IMG/VR virus record: IMGVR_UViG_3300022758_000234
Span: 1-6,387 of that record
Strand: one strand, 5' to 3'
DNA from: a virus
Length of the DNA stretch: 6,387 bases
Below are positions 5,867 through 6,387 of the stretch, one piece after another; within the stretch, counting starts at the first letter, position 1, and each line of letters begins with the position of its first letter. The notes under the pieces are model-generated. The model made no database searches. It worked only from the letters and a program-made list of their open reading frames with translations, and was not told where the DNA came from. Made by a program: the position numbers and the translations under genes.

Positions 5867-6387
5867 TTAATAGGCTAGAAGTGAGGAAACCGTACACTCG
5901 TCGAAAACAGCTCGGGTAACAGAATAGTAGGTGTTCGGCTTGGCTCGTCGTAAACGTACGCGAGCAGACGCTTCATAAAATTTCTTGTAAAGCGAATCCA
6001 CCTCACACGGCGACGCATCAACCAATTCTGAGGCCGACTTTCCAAGTAACTCAGAAAATTTTTCCTCAAAAAGTATTCGTAAGTAACAATCCTTAAATCG
6101 AACAAATTTTGCCGCAGTATCGCGGATATAAGAAGAACAATTAACCGATCGAAAACGGGCAAAGTCTTTAACTTCGTGTCCATATTTTAAAACTTTATTA
6201 TTGAAAGATGAAATGCGAGAGGATATAATATTCACAACATATTCGGCGCCGTCATACACATATTTCCGCTTCAATTCGAGACGTTTGTATAGCCGCTTAA
6301 CACGTGGCACCAGGCGGTCGGAAAAATATCGAGGCAATAAAAGTTGTATAAGCTTCCCACGTTTATTTATGAACCGATAAAAAAAAA
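5867..6387 (-). CDS. Replication initiation protein VP4/Rep, C-terminal part of the same gene as 1..980. Positions 6261-6387 duplicate 1-127. The stop is TAA at 5867-5869. The full protein is 457 aa over 1,374 nt of the 6,260-nt circle.
   Basis: ORF 5867..6337 in the track starts at a TTG only because the frame is open to the window end. The same frame continues uninterrupted into 127->1 of the first repeat copy. The C-terminal 170 aa are basic (RLVPRVKRLYKRLELKRKY, ARVRLRRAKP) and contain no Met. Confidence 0.9.
   Translation of the reverse strand, partial: FFYRFINKRGKLIQLLLPRYFSDRLVPRVKRLYKRLELKRKYVYDGAEYVVNIISSRISSFNNKVLKYGHEVKDFARFRSVNCSSYIRDTAAKFVRFKDCYLRILFEEKFSELLGKSASELVDASPCEVDSLYKKFYEASARVRLRRAKPNTYYSVTRAVFDECTVSSLLAY
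6261..6387. repeat. Terminal direct repeat (copy 2), identical to 1-127.
   Basis: Same as above. Confidence 0.95.

Noticed and set aside
5856-5880. Intrinsic terminator after the Rep stop (U9 run)
   Set aside because: The U-run is present on the transcript, but no convincing GC-containing stem precedes it. It is mentioned only as a possibility within the intergenic finding.

Overview
The window is one complete circular genome of a small ssDNA phage of the family Microviridae, gokushovirus-like, shown as the complement of the coding strand. The unit length is 6,260 nt. The first 127 nt (1-127) are repeated exactly at 6261-6387, which is the signature of a circular molecule cut open and over-run during assembly.

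All credible genes sit on the minus strand and are tightly packed. In order of transcription (decreasing coordinate) they are:
- VP1 major capsid protein, 599 aa, 5682->3883.
- A 120-aa hypothetical protein, 3742->3380.
- A 92-aa Q/M-rich hypothetical protein, 3289->3011.
- VP2-like DNA pilot / minor capsid protein, 444 aa, 3008->1674.
- A 184-aa protein in the position of the internal scaffolding protein VP3, 1536->982.
- An HUH rolling-circle replication initiator (VP4/Rep), 457 aa, starting at 980, running through position 1 across the circular junction and ending at 5867.

The ORF track misses most of Rep because it crosses the window edge. I translated 980->1 by hand in the frame of the 5867..6337 ORF and it is open throughout. 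That stretch contains the classic microviral Rep motifs: RPCGDCVEC, FVTYKY, PHWHGLIF, YVAKYVCK and SKGVGNAYF.

The genome is AT-rich. No convincing Shine-Dalgarno motifs precede the genes. There is no tRNA, CRISPR array, integrase or recognisable lysis gene.

The most interesting non-coding features are:
- A GC-rich cluster of three adjacent perfect hairpins at 3333-3410.
- Nested AT-rich inverted repeats in the Rep-VP1 intergenic region.
- A T9 homopolymer inside rep, placed so that a +/-1 slip converts the 457-aa Rep into a protein of about 290 aa.

No database search was possible. All family assignments rest on motifs I recognise by eye.
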